Origin: Octopus vulgaris
Taxonomy: Eukaryota
Direction: 5' to 3'
NCBI GenBank assembly: GCA_951406725.2
Contig: OX597814.1
Coordinates: 175,646,001 to 175,710,000 of the forward strand
DNA length: 64,000 bases
Part shown: piece by piece, positions 25,345 through 38,793 of the stretch
Numbering within the stretch: the stretch's first letter is position 1
How the letters are laid out: every line of letters starts with the position of its first letter
Translations under genes and position numbers: made by a program
The notes under the pieces: model-generated
What the model was told of the DNA's origin: nothing
What the model saw: the letters and a program-made list of their open reading frames with translations, nothing else
Database searches by the model: none

Positions 25345-26110
25345 CACGTCTGATAGAGCAAAAGAGGCACAAGAAGCAGCTGATAGAAATAACACCAAGG
25401 ATTTGTACTCTTATATTAAGGTGTTATATGGCCCAAAATCTTCAATAGCTCTAGTGAGCACAGAAAATAGACGTTTGCTTCTGACTGACACCGCTTCTAT
25501 TCACAAGCGCTGGGTAGAACGTTTTTCTGCTCTTTTGAATTGACCATCATCCGCTGACATGAGAATGATAGAAAAAATCGAACACCTTCCAGTTATTTAA
25601 GAGATGGCATTTGAACCAACTCTAAATGACATTTATCTAGCTGTGAATAAGCTGAATAACAATAAGTCTCCAGGGTCAGATGGAATCTGTGCAGAAGTCT
25701 TGAAATATGGGGGTGACAAAATGTTTGAACTCTTAAATATATGAATTTGTTACTGTTGGAGAACTGAGAAAGGGCCTCAGGACTGGATTGATGTTATTTT
25801 AGTCTCCTTGTGTAAATCGGGGCCAAAGGATGTGTGTGGTAATTTTCGTGGGATTTTGCTTTTGTCTGTGGTTGGAAAGGTACTTGCCTGTATTCTGTTA
25901 GAACGTTTAAATACCTTCATAGTTACAAATATGGTGTCTGAGTTTTAGTGTGGTTTTCGCTCCTCCAGGGAATGTTTTCAATCTGATCAGACTGAAATTC
26001 AAAACGAAGGTTTTTACTTTACTCATTAGGGAACTCTTATACGCTGATGATTGCGATCTAATCAGTCATTCTGAAACTGCCCTGTTGATTACATCCAGTA
26101 CATGCTTTGC
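25345..26110 (+). mobile_element. RTE-clade LINE relic (linker plus RT), internally deleted
   Basis: AKEAQEAADRNNTKDLY..IKVLYGP, KRWVERFSALLN, NKSPGSDGICAEVLKYGG, CGNFRGILLLSVVGKVLACILLERL, CGFRS, then a jump to IRELLYADDCDL. Multiple stops. Confidence 0.92.
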
Positions 26111-28974
26111 TTTCAATTGAGACCGCTATAAGACAAGGCAATACAAGCAAAAAGAAGGAACCGTCCCCACAAGATTATAACTGCATACATCTGGTATATA
26201 TTTTATACTTTTCTAAGCGATAAGGCAGCCTTAGAAAATAAACAGCACCCGACTTAATACTATCAAACTCCGCCGTCAGTTTTGTTTCTTGTTTAGTAAA
26301 AATATTTCATTTTAATTATTTGTTATGCGTTTGCACATTTATATAAAGAGAAGACAGGATCCATCAAAATTCTAGTAACATATTGGCACCAAACGCTTTG
26401 CTATGAGAGATTCCAAACCAAAGCTATTCTATAGAAAACACTTCACCCACCACGTTATTTATGTTTACCCTGATGGCATTGATGAAAATGGTCGTTGATT
26501 CACCGGCGATCTCAGTTATCGGGTTGAAACAGTTATATTTCGAGCAGTAACGTGTATTAAACTGGCTTGCAACTCTCAGCCTTCGTCGCAGCACGTGGTG
26601 GGTGGTGGTTCAACCTCCGAGATGTTGTATCTTGTAGAAGTTTTCGTAGCATTTGTGAGTTCCAGATCGACGGCCAACTCGGCACATTTGTAAAATAAAC
26701 GATCACATGTACGTGTTTGTCATTACCGGTCTAGTCCAGTTGGCTCCGGTCAACTTGCTACCCCCTGAGACCATTACATAATTATTTAATAATTATACTG
26801 TTTATTTCATAATGGATAGCATCTGAAACCGTGTGACACCTAGCCTATATTTATCATTTGGCACACGCTTGAGCTCACGTGAAGAACTACAACAATTCGG
26901 AGGGTATCCTTCCCCACGTTGCTATCAATGTGGGACAGTCGAAGGCAATTGAATCAGGAATAGCTCTCTCACTCACGTACATTTGCTAATCGGACAACAT
27001 CTTGTTGGTTTTGAGCGTCTACCGGCACTCACTGCATATATCACAACAGCTGTTTCACTCCAACTTGAGTCATCAGTTTCTCCAAGCAAGCAATATACGC
27101 TCCTTAGATAAGGAGGATCCTGTATTACTATAAACGATCCTCCCATCTATTGCTACTACAGTAGCAGATGGCTAGACTTCTGTTTCTCATTCCCTACCCC
27201 CTTGTCTTATTGGTTCGTTCCTCTGTAATCAGCTGGTATCGTAGAAGCTGGCACTTGATATATGTCGGCTAGCATCATCGTTATAAGATGATTTATGAAT
27301 GTAAGGCAATCATTCTCCCGGTATGTTGTTGTTGCTGTTTTTCTTGACCGAGTGCATACATAAATTTCAATGATTCAGCGATTCTATAATTATTCAGTTA
27401 CGTCTAAAATACGTAAAAATCTGTTAATTACAAGGCATGTTAGATAATATAATTAATTAATTAGATTTGACATGTTACTGCACATTTAATGGAGAATGAG
27501 AAATGATGTCGCTCATGAATTATTGAAACACCTGCTTCTCAAATGTGTTGTTATCCGTTAACATTTATCTGTTTCCTATGGATTCTGCTGCTTCAAGATG
27601 GCAGGGTACTCTACGTGGTCACTTGGACTACTAGAAATGATAGCACAAACTCTCCTCATGTTACTCCCTGCAGTCTAAAAGATAACGGATACATTGGGCA
27701 GACTAGTCTTTCATATGCGATAAGACATAATGGTCACGGCTGAAACGCCTTTAATGACACATCTGCTTGATCAGGCTAATGGGAGACACAAACAACAACA
27801 ACAACAACAAGAGCAGTTATGTAATGTAGAAAAAAGAAGAATGATAGAAATTTCTGAGAGCAGAAATGGAAACACGGTTTACAACCCAGACATCCTTTCT
27901 AGTTCATTTGTAACCATTTCTAAAGAAATTACGGTGATGTACTGCAGGATTAGCAGTGACGTTACCGGAGGAGATAAAACCCAGTTGATTCAATATCAGT
28001 CTGGAGATATGCCCAAACCTCTGGTTTATGAGAAACAATTGTTAGAGAAATCCTTTATGTTTTTATTGGACATTAATTTTAAAATATATTAAATTTAAAA
28101 TTACATGGAAATTAAACATAAAATGGTAAAAAAAAAAATAGTTACTGATTTATAGACTCATTGTTCTTGGCAGAATATAATTATTGGAACCGAAGAATTA
28201 TGGATTACGTAGTTACAAACACTGTCCAATAAAGTACAACTTTTTAAAGTCCTTGACAGTGGACATTAATTTCAAAAGGACTTGAAGCGAAGAAAAATTC
28301 AAACGGAAGAAATACAGTAGAATCGAAAATAATTAAATGAGGGAAGAGACGAATGTGCCAATATTAGCAAATGATTTAATTAAATTTAATCAAATTTAAT
28401 CAAATAAATACATAAAGGTGTCTTTATTCTTTTCACCAACGACAAAAAAGGATTCTAACTGAACGATTCTCTCCCTTGCTATTGAGGCGAATAACCAACC
28501 GATCAACTGAGTGATTATTTTGATATATTTATATTTACATTTGTGTTTTTCTTAATTTTAATTCGTTCATTCTTTACTCATTCTTTACCCTCATTTATTT
28601 CCATAACTTTATTATAGTTTTAGATATTTTTATGTAACTCTGTCCATCCCCACAAGTTTTAGTAAACTCTATGACTGAATGTCGCTAAAGTATTGGCTAG
28701 AATGCATTATTTGTTTATTGTAAAATTTTACGTTCTGAGTTCAAACCATGCTGAGATTGACTTCCCTGTTATCCCTTCGAGTTCGATAAAAAAAAAAAGT
28801 ACCCGAGTAGAGCGGAAGACTGGTAGAATAGTTAGAGCGTCAGAAGAAAAGAGAATTGAAACATAGTTCCGTTGGTTCGATTGTCAGAAGATCGACTGCT
28901 GCCATCACAACCACCATGTTTAAAGTTCATTCTTTTCTTTTGTATGTTTCGAGCACTTGTGACTAATAAGGAAA

Positions 28975-29093
28975 TTCTTCTTCTTCTTCTTCTTCTTCTT
29001 CTTCTTCTTCTTCTTCTTCTTCTTCTTCTTCTTCTTCTTCTTCTTCTTTTTCTTCTTCTTCTTCTTCTTCTTCTTCTTCTGCTTCTTCTTCTT

Positions 29094-29126
<33 letters not shown>

Positions 29127-29160
29127 ATTATTGTTATTATTATTATTATCATCATTATTG
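28975..29160. repeat. (CTT)n plus (ATT)n microsatellite
   Basis: Directly visible. Confidence 0.97.
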
Positions 29161-29167
29161 TTATTTG

Positions 29168-29385
29168 AAGCGTCGAGCTGGTAGAATCGTTTGCAACGCC
29201 GGGTAACATGCATAGCAGCATTTCGTCCTTCTTTACGTACTGAGTTCACATTCCACCAAGGTCGACTTTTTCTTTTATCCTTTTGTGATCTATAAAATAA
29301 TTACTAGTTAAGCACTTGATCGATATAGTCAACTAGTCCACGCCCACAAAATTTTAGGGCTTGTGCCTATATAACAAAGGATTTT
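29168..29385 (+). mobile_element. SINE family A, diverged
   Basis: gagctggtagaatcgtt...gagttcacattccaccaaggtcgacttt. Confidence 0.85.
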
Positions 29386-29399
29386 ATTACTGTAATAAT

Positions 29400-29985
29400 T
29401 TTGTTGGCATTGCGTCGTGCTTTCATTGCAATACCAGGAACAAATCTGCAAGCCTTGTGTACGAGCAGAGTTTTTGCTTTGGTGTTTGTATTTTTACATT
29501 GTATTGAAAATACTCCACGTAATGCGTACAAACTCTAATAATTCTTGTTTACCGAGAGTTCTTTTCTAGAGTTCTTTACTGAGAGATGTATATACAGTGT
29601 TTAACCATTCTGTTTTCAATAGGTGCCCTTGGATTTTGGCATGTATTCATCAGTATAGTTTGTTAAATAATAATTTCCAAAGCATCTATTATCATAGAGA
29701 TTTGTTTCTGCTTTCGATTCCACCATTCTAGTTATCTCTATTTGCAAGTCTTTATACGTTCGGACAGATTTTCTATTCTTTTTAAGTATGTATATTGTTG
29801 TCCGTTGCTTACAGTTGATGCATCGATAAAGAGACATTTCTTTCCTTGATAGTATTAGACCACAATATATTATTGCCGATTAATCTCTGTGTGTAGACTG
29901 ACATATCCTACAGCAAATGACCATTTTGTAATATCCTGTGATCCTTTCCAGTATGTACACCATTAGCTACTATGAGTATTTCATA
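29400..29985 (-). mobile_element. Highly degraded R4/Dong-type LINE 3' end (RLE)
   Basis: KCLFIDAS and YKDLQIEITRM (ORF 29616-29837) parallel CRLIEVS..YKDLEIEIQKMW of the 1579-1950 ORF. Confidence 0.7.
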
Positions 29986-30066
29986 ATAGTTGTCTAATTT
30001 GAATTGTGTGGTTGTGTTATTGTATGAAATGTCCAACCATAACAGTTTGATACATACACACACATT

Positions 30067-30097
<31 letters not shown>

Positions 30098-30110
30098 GTA
30101 TGTATTTATG

Positions 30111-30151
<41 letters not shown>

Positions 30152-30336
30152 TTATGTATGTATGTATACTTAAATCAGTAAAACATCAACTATCGATGAT
30201 ACTCAATCCATACTTTAATACACCATTACATATGAGTAAAGGCAATATATAAAATGAAATGAGATATACAGTAATAGTAAAAAGATAAAGAGATATAAGT
30301 AAAAAATTTCAAATATAATATGCAAATAAATCAAAA

Positions 30337-30436
30337 CTGACAGCTGTTTCGGCAGTGAGGGCAGTCATACCTCATTTAACCTATAAGCCATAAAGGCAGT
30401 ATAAATGAGGCTAAAGATCCCAGGCCTCTTCAGAGA
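30337..30436 (-). ncRNA. Hammerhead ribozyme-like motif with extended stem II
   Basis: Minus strand ct-CTGAAGA-GGC...cctcattta..taaatgagg...GCC-GAAAC-agct-GTC-ag. Intact core, GUC triplet, palindromic ACAGCTGT stem III; stem I only 2 bp. Confidence 0.7.
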
Positions 30437-30757
30437 ATTAAATTAAATTTGTTATAATAGTGAAAAATATTATATAATCATATACATATAAATATAAAAA
30501 TATAAAAATGTAAAATATAAAAACTTATACATCATAATCTACACTTATATAATATAATACATTTGTATAAACAGAAAAAATAAAACAAAATATATAACAG
30601 TGTATATATTAATATTAATAAGTACCGATATTATACATATTTGGCTAATAGTTTTTATAAAAAAAGCTAACACATATGGAGATGAAAAATAATAATTAAA
30701 ACCATGGTACAGTACATAAAATTCTAAAGCTATAAAGTTAATAAAATTACTATTAAT

Positions 30758-30825
<68 letters not shown>

Positions 30826-30880
30826 TAATAAAAATAGATACAGTTAAGTTAGCACAAGTCCATCCTTTCAAGATCGAAAT

Positions 30881-30916
<36 letters not shown>

Positions 30917-31288
30917 AAGGGCAGAGAGATGTATGTATATATATCTAAAGATACACATACATACATATGTGTGTGTGTATACAATCTTATCTGGTATACT
31001 TGGCAGCAGCAACAATGTGATTGATTAGTTTTTTTTTCCACAAAAGCAAACTTAGCCATTCGATAAACAATGATCGATAAAATATTATCAGACAAAATAC
31101 GGGGGTCGATATAATCGACAAAAATCTACGAAGACTTTTACTAGTATTGCCACTGACCAAAGAGACCACAAAAGGAATATAAGAATAATCATTGTTAAAA
31201 CGAACGCTATTTGCTGAATATATATAAGTATGATCTGCAGAACTTTTCTTCGAATGTTATATCATCCATAATATTACGTGAATGATAA

Positions 31289-31872
31289 GGCGGTGAGCTG
31301 GCAGAAGCGTTAGCACGCCGGCCGAAATGCTTTGCGGTATTTCGTCTGCCGTTACGTTGTGAGTTCAAATTCCGCCGAGGTCGACTTTGCCTTTCATCCT
31401 TTCGGGGTCGATAAATTAAGTACCAGTTACGCACTGGGGTCGATGTAATCGACTTAATACTTATGTCTGTCCTTGTTTGTCCTCTTTATGTTTAGCCCCT
31501 TGTGGGTAATAAAGAAATAGGTATTTCGTCTGCGGTTACGTTCTGTATTCAAATTCCGCCGAGGTCGACTTTGCCTTTCATCATTTCGGGGTCGATTAGA
31601 TAAGTACCAGTCACGCACTGGGGTCGATATAATCGACTTAATCCGTTCGTCTGTCCGTGGTGGTCCCCTCTGTGTTTAGCCCCTTGTGGGTAGTAAAGAA
31701 ATAGAAATAGTTATTTCGTCTTTACATTGGAGTTCAAATTCCGCCGAGGTCGATTTTTGCATTTCATCTTTTAGAAGTCGATAAATTAAGTACCAGTTGC
31801 GTACTGGGGTCTATCTAATCGCCTCTCCCCCTCCCCCAAAATTTCGGACCTTGTTCCTAGAGTAGAAAAGAA
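31289..31872 (+). mobile_element. Head-to-tail trimer of SINE family A
   Basis: Full unit at 31289-31520, then two headless units (31521-31704, ~31711-31872), each restarting at (g)tatttcgtct after aaagaaatag. Confidence 0.93.
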
Positions 31873-32339
31873 TATTTTATCATCGATTACTGCATATCCA
31901 CTGGACTGTCTGTGTATCTGACCACTGGTATACTATATTTAAATTATTTTCTTCTTGATATTTATTAAATGTCATTGCAAATGCGAGAAGCAGTCGATGA
32001 TATTTCATGAAGGTAGGATTCGTATGCCCGCGCAAAATCGTATTATATTGCCTCGGGTTAATTTACGTGACGTGGGTTTATATGTAGTATGCACCACAAA
32101 AATGTTTTCACATATGTTCTTGCGCTTAATGTGGCTGTAGCTAAGTAGAGAACCAAAAGAGTTGGACCTTATGGTACGTTAAAAATATTCTTTGAATTAG
32201 ATGCAGCATAGTGACACGTTCGATAAACCGGAAGTAGCAATAGAAGCATATGTAAAACAGGCCGTAATGATTATAGAGTTTTGGAGACAGTTGAAAAGAA
32301 AGGTGGCTTAGAGTTCGTAGAACAATAATTTTATGCATT

Positions 32340-32419
<80 letters not shown>

Positions 32420-32653
32420 CACAAGGTAAAGGTAAGGAGTAAAACACAGAAATCTACGTTGAATGTATAAAACGATAGTAGGAGGGCCTAAATGAATATA
32501 GGAACAAACAGTTGGAGGATCATAAAGAGATGGGAGGAGGAGGGAAGGAGATAAGTGATAAAGGAGTGATAGGATAAATATCTATAGTAGTAATAATAGA
32601 AACAATGCCCCATTCCCGAGATAGAAATATAGAAGTTGTATATCTTGTATATA

Positions 32654-32948
32654 GTGGAGGCACATGGCCTAGTGGTTAGAGCAGCGGACTTGCGGTCGAG
32701 GGATCGCTGGTTCGAATCTCTGACCGGGCGATGTGTGTGTTTATGAGCGAAACCTCTAAGCCCCACGAGGCTCCGGCAGAAGGTAATGGCAAACTTCTGC
32801 TGACTCTTTCGCCACAACTTTCTCTCGCTCTTTCCTCCTGCATCTTGCAGCTTACCTGCGACAGACCGGCTTCCCGTCCAGGTGGGGAACCTATACGCCA
32901 AAGAAACCGGCTCTTATGAGCCAGACGTGGCTCGAGAAGGAACAAACA
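32654..32948 (+). mobile_element. SINE family C, full length
   Basis: A box tggcctagtgg, B box ggttcgaatct, 3' end ggctcgagaaggaacaaaca; imperfect TSD atatcttgtat/ataccttgtat. Confidence 0.93.
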
Positions 32949-33804
32949 TACCTTGTATTTGAGTACAAGTATATGGTTCAGATGGTTATTATACCAACTG
33001 AATTGATAACAGTCGTAGAAGGATATTGTTACATTTTGTGCTAGTATACGAGAGGAAGTATAGGCTCTCCTATGTCATAGAAGAAAATATGTGATGGATA
33101 TTCACTTGGTGCTTCGTGTCTATAAGTGAGGCTCAAATCTTTCAGATACATTCAATTGGGAACTTCGTCAAGAAGTTACATTCTAGAGATGGCTTGTATG
33201 TCCTATGTGTGGAGTGAGTAGAATAACGCAAGAGGGATTAGGGATTTATTACGTAAAAGAAGTGAATCTTTAGGGAGGAACATGTGAATGAGAGGTACAG
33301 TTTCTAATAAGCCGCTGCCCTACCTGTGTTTTATATATAGTGTACTCTGTTTTACCTGCCTTTTCCCGAAAGTAAGTAGTAGCATATACAAATACAGGTC
33401 GTAAAGGCTGTAGTATTATAGGGGCAGTTGAAATGGGGAAAACAGTATAGAGTTCGTAAAGTGTTCATTTGATGCATGTATGAAATAACAACTGGGTGTT
33501 GAGTGTTGTTGGAGGCATCCACTCTATTTCAAGCATTCAAACCAATTTCTGGTCAGAAAACAAATTCTTAGCTCCCTCATATCGTTTTCAGGAGCGTCAT
33601 GGAGGATTTTTTGCGTTGGTGTCCTTACTCTGATTGAGCAATAAAACCCAAAAGATATTTAATTGAAAAGCGAGAAAAAAAGGATTTACATGGTTACGAC
33701 GTAATCGCGTTAACTTTTATCTCCGTTTTAAAAAGTATATCAGTGTGCTTATATGTGCGCGTGTGTGCGCACGCGTATGTATACTTATTCTCATAAAAAA
33801 CGCA

Positions 33805-34104
33805 ATGTATATGAATATATATGTATATATATGTACATATATGTATATATATGTATATATATACATATATATGTACATATATATATATACATATATATAT
33901 ATATACATATATATACATATATATATACATATATATATATACATATATATATATATGTATATAAATATACTTATATACATATATACATATATATATATGT
34001 ATATATATGTATATATGTATATATATGTATATATGTATATATGTATATATTTATGTATATATACATATATACATATATACATATATATTCATACATACAT
34101 ACAT

Positions 34105-34138
<34 letters not shown>

Positions 34139-35410
34139 ATATATATATACACACACACATATATATATATATATACACATATATATATATGTATATATAT
34201 ACATATATATATATATATGTATTTATATGTATACATATGTATATATATATATGTATATATATGTATATGCATATATATATAAGTATATATATGCATATAC
34301 ACACATTGATGCACACACACACATATGGACATACATACATACATTCATATACACACATATACACACACATGTATATACATATACATACATGCATAAATAC
34401 ATTCACTCAGACTTACAGGCTTGCACACACAAGCACACGCAAACACACACACACACACACACATACACACACACACAGACATTTTCATACACACGCATAA
34501 TAGATACCTGATAAGTGTTGTTGTTGTTTTGTTGTTGTTTAACCACAAAATAATATTCTCTTGTTGGCAAAGTGTTATGTTTCTTTGATCCAAATGTTGT
34601 TCTGCTACAATGACCCCTGCGTGAACAGCAACAACAACCACAATTTACTAAGAAAACATAATAAACAGAATAAACAAATAAAAGTAGTCAGTGAAAAATA
34701 CGTAGAAAAAAGTGAAAATTTTCTCTTCGTTTTAATCAATTACATTTTATAGAGAATATTCAATCATTTTATAGAAAATACTCAATCATTGCGGATTTCT
34801 ATGAAGAAAAACACCATTAGATAACACGTTATACTACTTATGTATGTATGTATGTATGTATGTATGTATGTATGTATGTATGTATGTATGTATGTATGTA
34901 TGTATGTATGTATGTATGTATGTATGTATGTATGTTTGTATGTATGTATGTATGTATGTATGCATGCATGTATGTATGTATGTATGTATGTATGTATGTA
35001 TGTATGTATGTATGTATGTATGTATGTAGGTATGTATTTTTGTATTTATATATGCATTTATATTTGCATGTATGAATATTTCTATAAATGTACGTATGTT
35101 TGTATATATATATGTTTGTATTTATATATGCATGTGTATGTATATATATGGATGTACGTATGCATGTATGTATGTTTTATGCATGTTTTGTGTGTATGTT
35201 TGTATGTGTATATATATAGATGCATGTGTGTATATGTGTATGCATTACACATGTGTATATGTATTGTACATGTATTGTTTGTATGTATGTATGTATGTAT
35301 TCATATATGTATGTGTGTTTGTATGTATGCATGTATGTTTGTGTATTTATATATATGTACGCACGTATGTATGTGTACATGTAGGTATGCATGTATGTCT
35401 GTATGCATGT
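33805..35410. repeat. Long degenerate (TA/CA/TATG) microsatellite fields (33805-34490, 34839-35410)
   Basis: Directly visible; explains the long Y/I/M/C/V ORFs. Confidence 0.95.
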
Positions 35411-36090
35411 TTTATTATTAGAAAGATCCAGTTCCAATCCAATATCAAGGCTCTTTCGTTGGAATTTAGACAACACGAAAGAGATAGTTATGCACGTGTG
35501 CTTCTATGTTTACTTGTTTTTAATCAGAGGATGTGGCCATGCTGGGGCTCCGCCATTGATATGACAAGTATCTTCTATTTCATCGTTAAGATCCTTTTTC
35601 CGGGTTTTGGTTTGTTTCTGGAAAATTAGTGAGTCGGACAGAGCCACATTCGCTTGCGTTTCAGGCTGTGATGTGGGTTTATATAGTTTTTCATATAAAG
35701 ATTTTTCTAAGTGTTCCTTAAATACATTCACATGTATGCTGCGCTGATCTCAGGTTCTTGGTCGGGTATTTCTTGAATCCGAAGCTGTTAATATATTAGA
35801 TCCTTATTCTAGATGTAGACAGGGGAACATTTGGTAATACTTAGGAGCGTCCAATTCGTGGTTGGTATAGTTTCAATCCCAAATTTAGCTGGTAGACTCT
35901 CTGTGTATGTATGTATGTATGTATGTATGTATGTATGTATGTATGTATGTATGTATGTATGTATGTATGTATGTATGTATGTATGTATGTATGTATGTAT
36001 GTATGTATGCATGTATGTATATATAAATAAATATATATATATATTAGAAGTATTGGGGGCGATGTACAGATTTAATTCTTTCATATATAT

Positions 36091-36152
<62 letters not shown>

Positions 36153-36154
36153 AT

Positions 36155-36801
36155 ATCGTTATCCTTTCTATCGTGTAAATTCGAATGGAATATATTCCGC
36201 TCACATGAAGACAGAAAAGTCTATCTTGCACGTAGCTTCTTTGTGGGCAACCTGAAAATACATGGTTAAAATTGGAAGATATAATGTCACAGGTAGAAGG
36301 CATGTGAAGTATTTGATAATAGTTGGCTAGATTACATGAAGACAATCGATTCTGTTCTGCACTCATCGATGCTAGCATCTTCCGATTTCTTATGACCATA
36401 AATCATATTCTGAACCATAGGGAACTCGCTCTCACTTTGGATCGTTGTCCTGAAATCAAGTACAAGAAGTCATTGTTCGGGGACTAAGAAGACGCAGCAT
36501 TGCTTGAGTAAATTTCAAGAACACGGTCTTTGTGTGATGTTTCTACTAGGTGTCACATAATGATGGGACACCTTTTATTTATAATTTCTAAGACTGTCGC
36601 TATTCATCTATGCTTGTTCCAGTCTTAGTTGTGTTTAAAATATGTCCGTTCACTACGCGACACTGTACTTACTGTAAAATCGTTATCATTTCTATTGAAG
36701 AAATTCGAATGAAATATATTCCGCTCACAAGAAAACAGAAAAGTTTATCTTGCACGTAGCTTCTTTGTGAGCAACCTGAAAGTACATGGTTAAAATTTGG
36801 A
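36155..36801. repeat. Pair of ~122-bp direct repeats 524 bp apart (36155-36276, 36679-36801)
   Basis: atcgttatc.tttctat..aaattcgaatg.aatatattccgctcaca..acagaaaagt.tatcttgcacgtagcttctttgtg.gcaacctgaaa.tacatggttaaaatt occurs twice. Confidence 0.9.
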
Positions 36802-37471
36802 GTGTTATAAAGAAGAAACTTGATATAGTTACAGTTTTCATAGTACACAAGAAAGAATTTTGGCTATGAGGAATATTGCTATTTGAGTATAAAACAAGGG
36901 TGACATCAAAGCCAGTATAGTAGAATCTCCATCAATGATACTAAATGTTGAAGCAATTATCTTGAGTATTTAGGTGTTTTCTGTCAAATACAAAAACTTC
37001 AGCTAAGCCACATGTTGCAAATTCGACTGGTAAATAGAACAATGAGATTATGCAAGACTTTTCTAAAGTTTAATGCGTGACTCATTGATGTTGCTGATGA
37101 TCAATTCTCTATTATGAGGCTTCGTTTAATGATTAACAATCTGTTTCTTCTTTATGGGAACAACTCGAAGAATAAAAAGAGCACGTACATTATGCATATA
37201 CATGCACAATGTAAAAGGAAAAATGAGGAAAAGGAAGCTATTTGAATGGCTGTATATATAGATAAAGCAAAAAGGAAATAAATAAATATGGAAAATAGAA
37301 ATATGGATATGAATAACTGAATAGATATCCAGACATACGGGCATGCATAGAATTAAATGCAAAGATCTGTAACAGATAGCTAGTTCTGTAAAAGAGAGAT
37401 AGATGTGCATAACGATAAAATTGTAATGGTGAATATATACATTGATAAATGTATCTAGTCAGATGTGTAAA

Positions 37472-37507
<36 letters not shown>

Positions 37508-37593
37508 CAATTCTATCGTTATATATATATCATTTACACATCTGACTATATATATATATATATATATATATAATTATTATTACAATTCTATCG

Positions 37594-37655
<62 letters not shown>

Positions 37656-38547
37656 GTGTGTGTCTGTGTGTGTGTCTGTCTCAGGTGTGAGAGAGACAGA
37701 TACATTTATAAATTGATAGCAAGATGCGGATGCTGGGGAATTAAAATATAAAAAGAAGTAGAGGAAAATTCGATCAATTACTGTTAGGTTATGTAAATTT
37801 TACACCTCTCTTAATTAAGTAACTGAAAATAAATTGAACTAAAGTTAATAACCGACCGGGTTTTCATATAAAATTTCCAATTCTGTGAAAAAATGCAACA
37901 ACTCAGGAGCGAATTTATGGCTAGCCAGCAATGAAGTGACTACCATTATTATCTCATAAATCTGTCACCATAATAAATTTTCCGCTGAGTATAAAATAGC
38001 TGAACAAATATGATGTCTGCTCGTTTATAAATGTATGCTTACACATACAGGCACATAAATAACATATATATATATATATACTTTACATTTAATTGGGTGC
38101 AGTCATTGAGCTGCACATACTCTGCGTGACTAGCGTGTGTTTTCGTATTTATTCTATCGTACTGTACAAAAATGTTCAACACCTCAGTTTAAATTTATCT
38201 CTGACTAGTCCCACGCTTTCTCAAGTCCTTCGGTTTGCTAAAAAAATCGAGCGCCTCACCATGAGTGGACAATGTAAGTATATAGCATATATATTCAAAA
38301 TAAGTTTTAATTACAATTATATTGCGAGTTTTATTGATCTGTTTATTACTTTCTTATGCCCCAGTCTGACGTAATCCACACCAAAGCAATATACTACCAC
38401 GCTCTACCTCTGCCCATTCTACCTAATTTTTACTCATGTCGGTAACACTGGTATAGACTCTAATGTAGGTGTAATAACTAGAATTGTTAACTCAAACCTG
38501 AATGCAGTTTTATATTTAAGAGATGAGGAATTATCTACATTATTTAC

Positions 38548-38793
38548 ATTATTTACATTCGACGGATATTTGTCCTCATCTTGTTTGCTGTTAATACAAC
38601 GTTTCGGCTGATATACCTTCCAGCCTTCTTCAGGTGTCTTGGGGAAATTTCGAAGCTGGGTTGGAAATTAGGAATGAGAACCCAGGTTCGAAATTTCCCC
38701 AAGAAACCTGAAGAAGGCTGGAGGGAATATCAGCTGAAACGTTGTGTTAACAACAAACAAGATGAGGACAAATTTCCGCCGAATGTAAATAAT
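38548..38793. mobile_element. 246-bp palindromic element with a hammerhead-like core in each arm
   Basis: 115-bp arms with 9 mismatches by manual count and a 16-nt loop. Each arm reads CTGAAGA-A-GGCTG..CAGC(C/T)-GAAAC-GTT outward. Confidence 0.85.

Noticed and set aside
27730-28092. 120-aa ORF with poly-Gln
   Set aside because: It starts in a repeat-like segment ending in (CAA)n; no recognisable domain or splice evidence.
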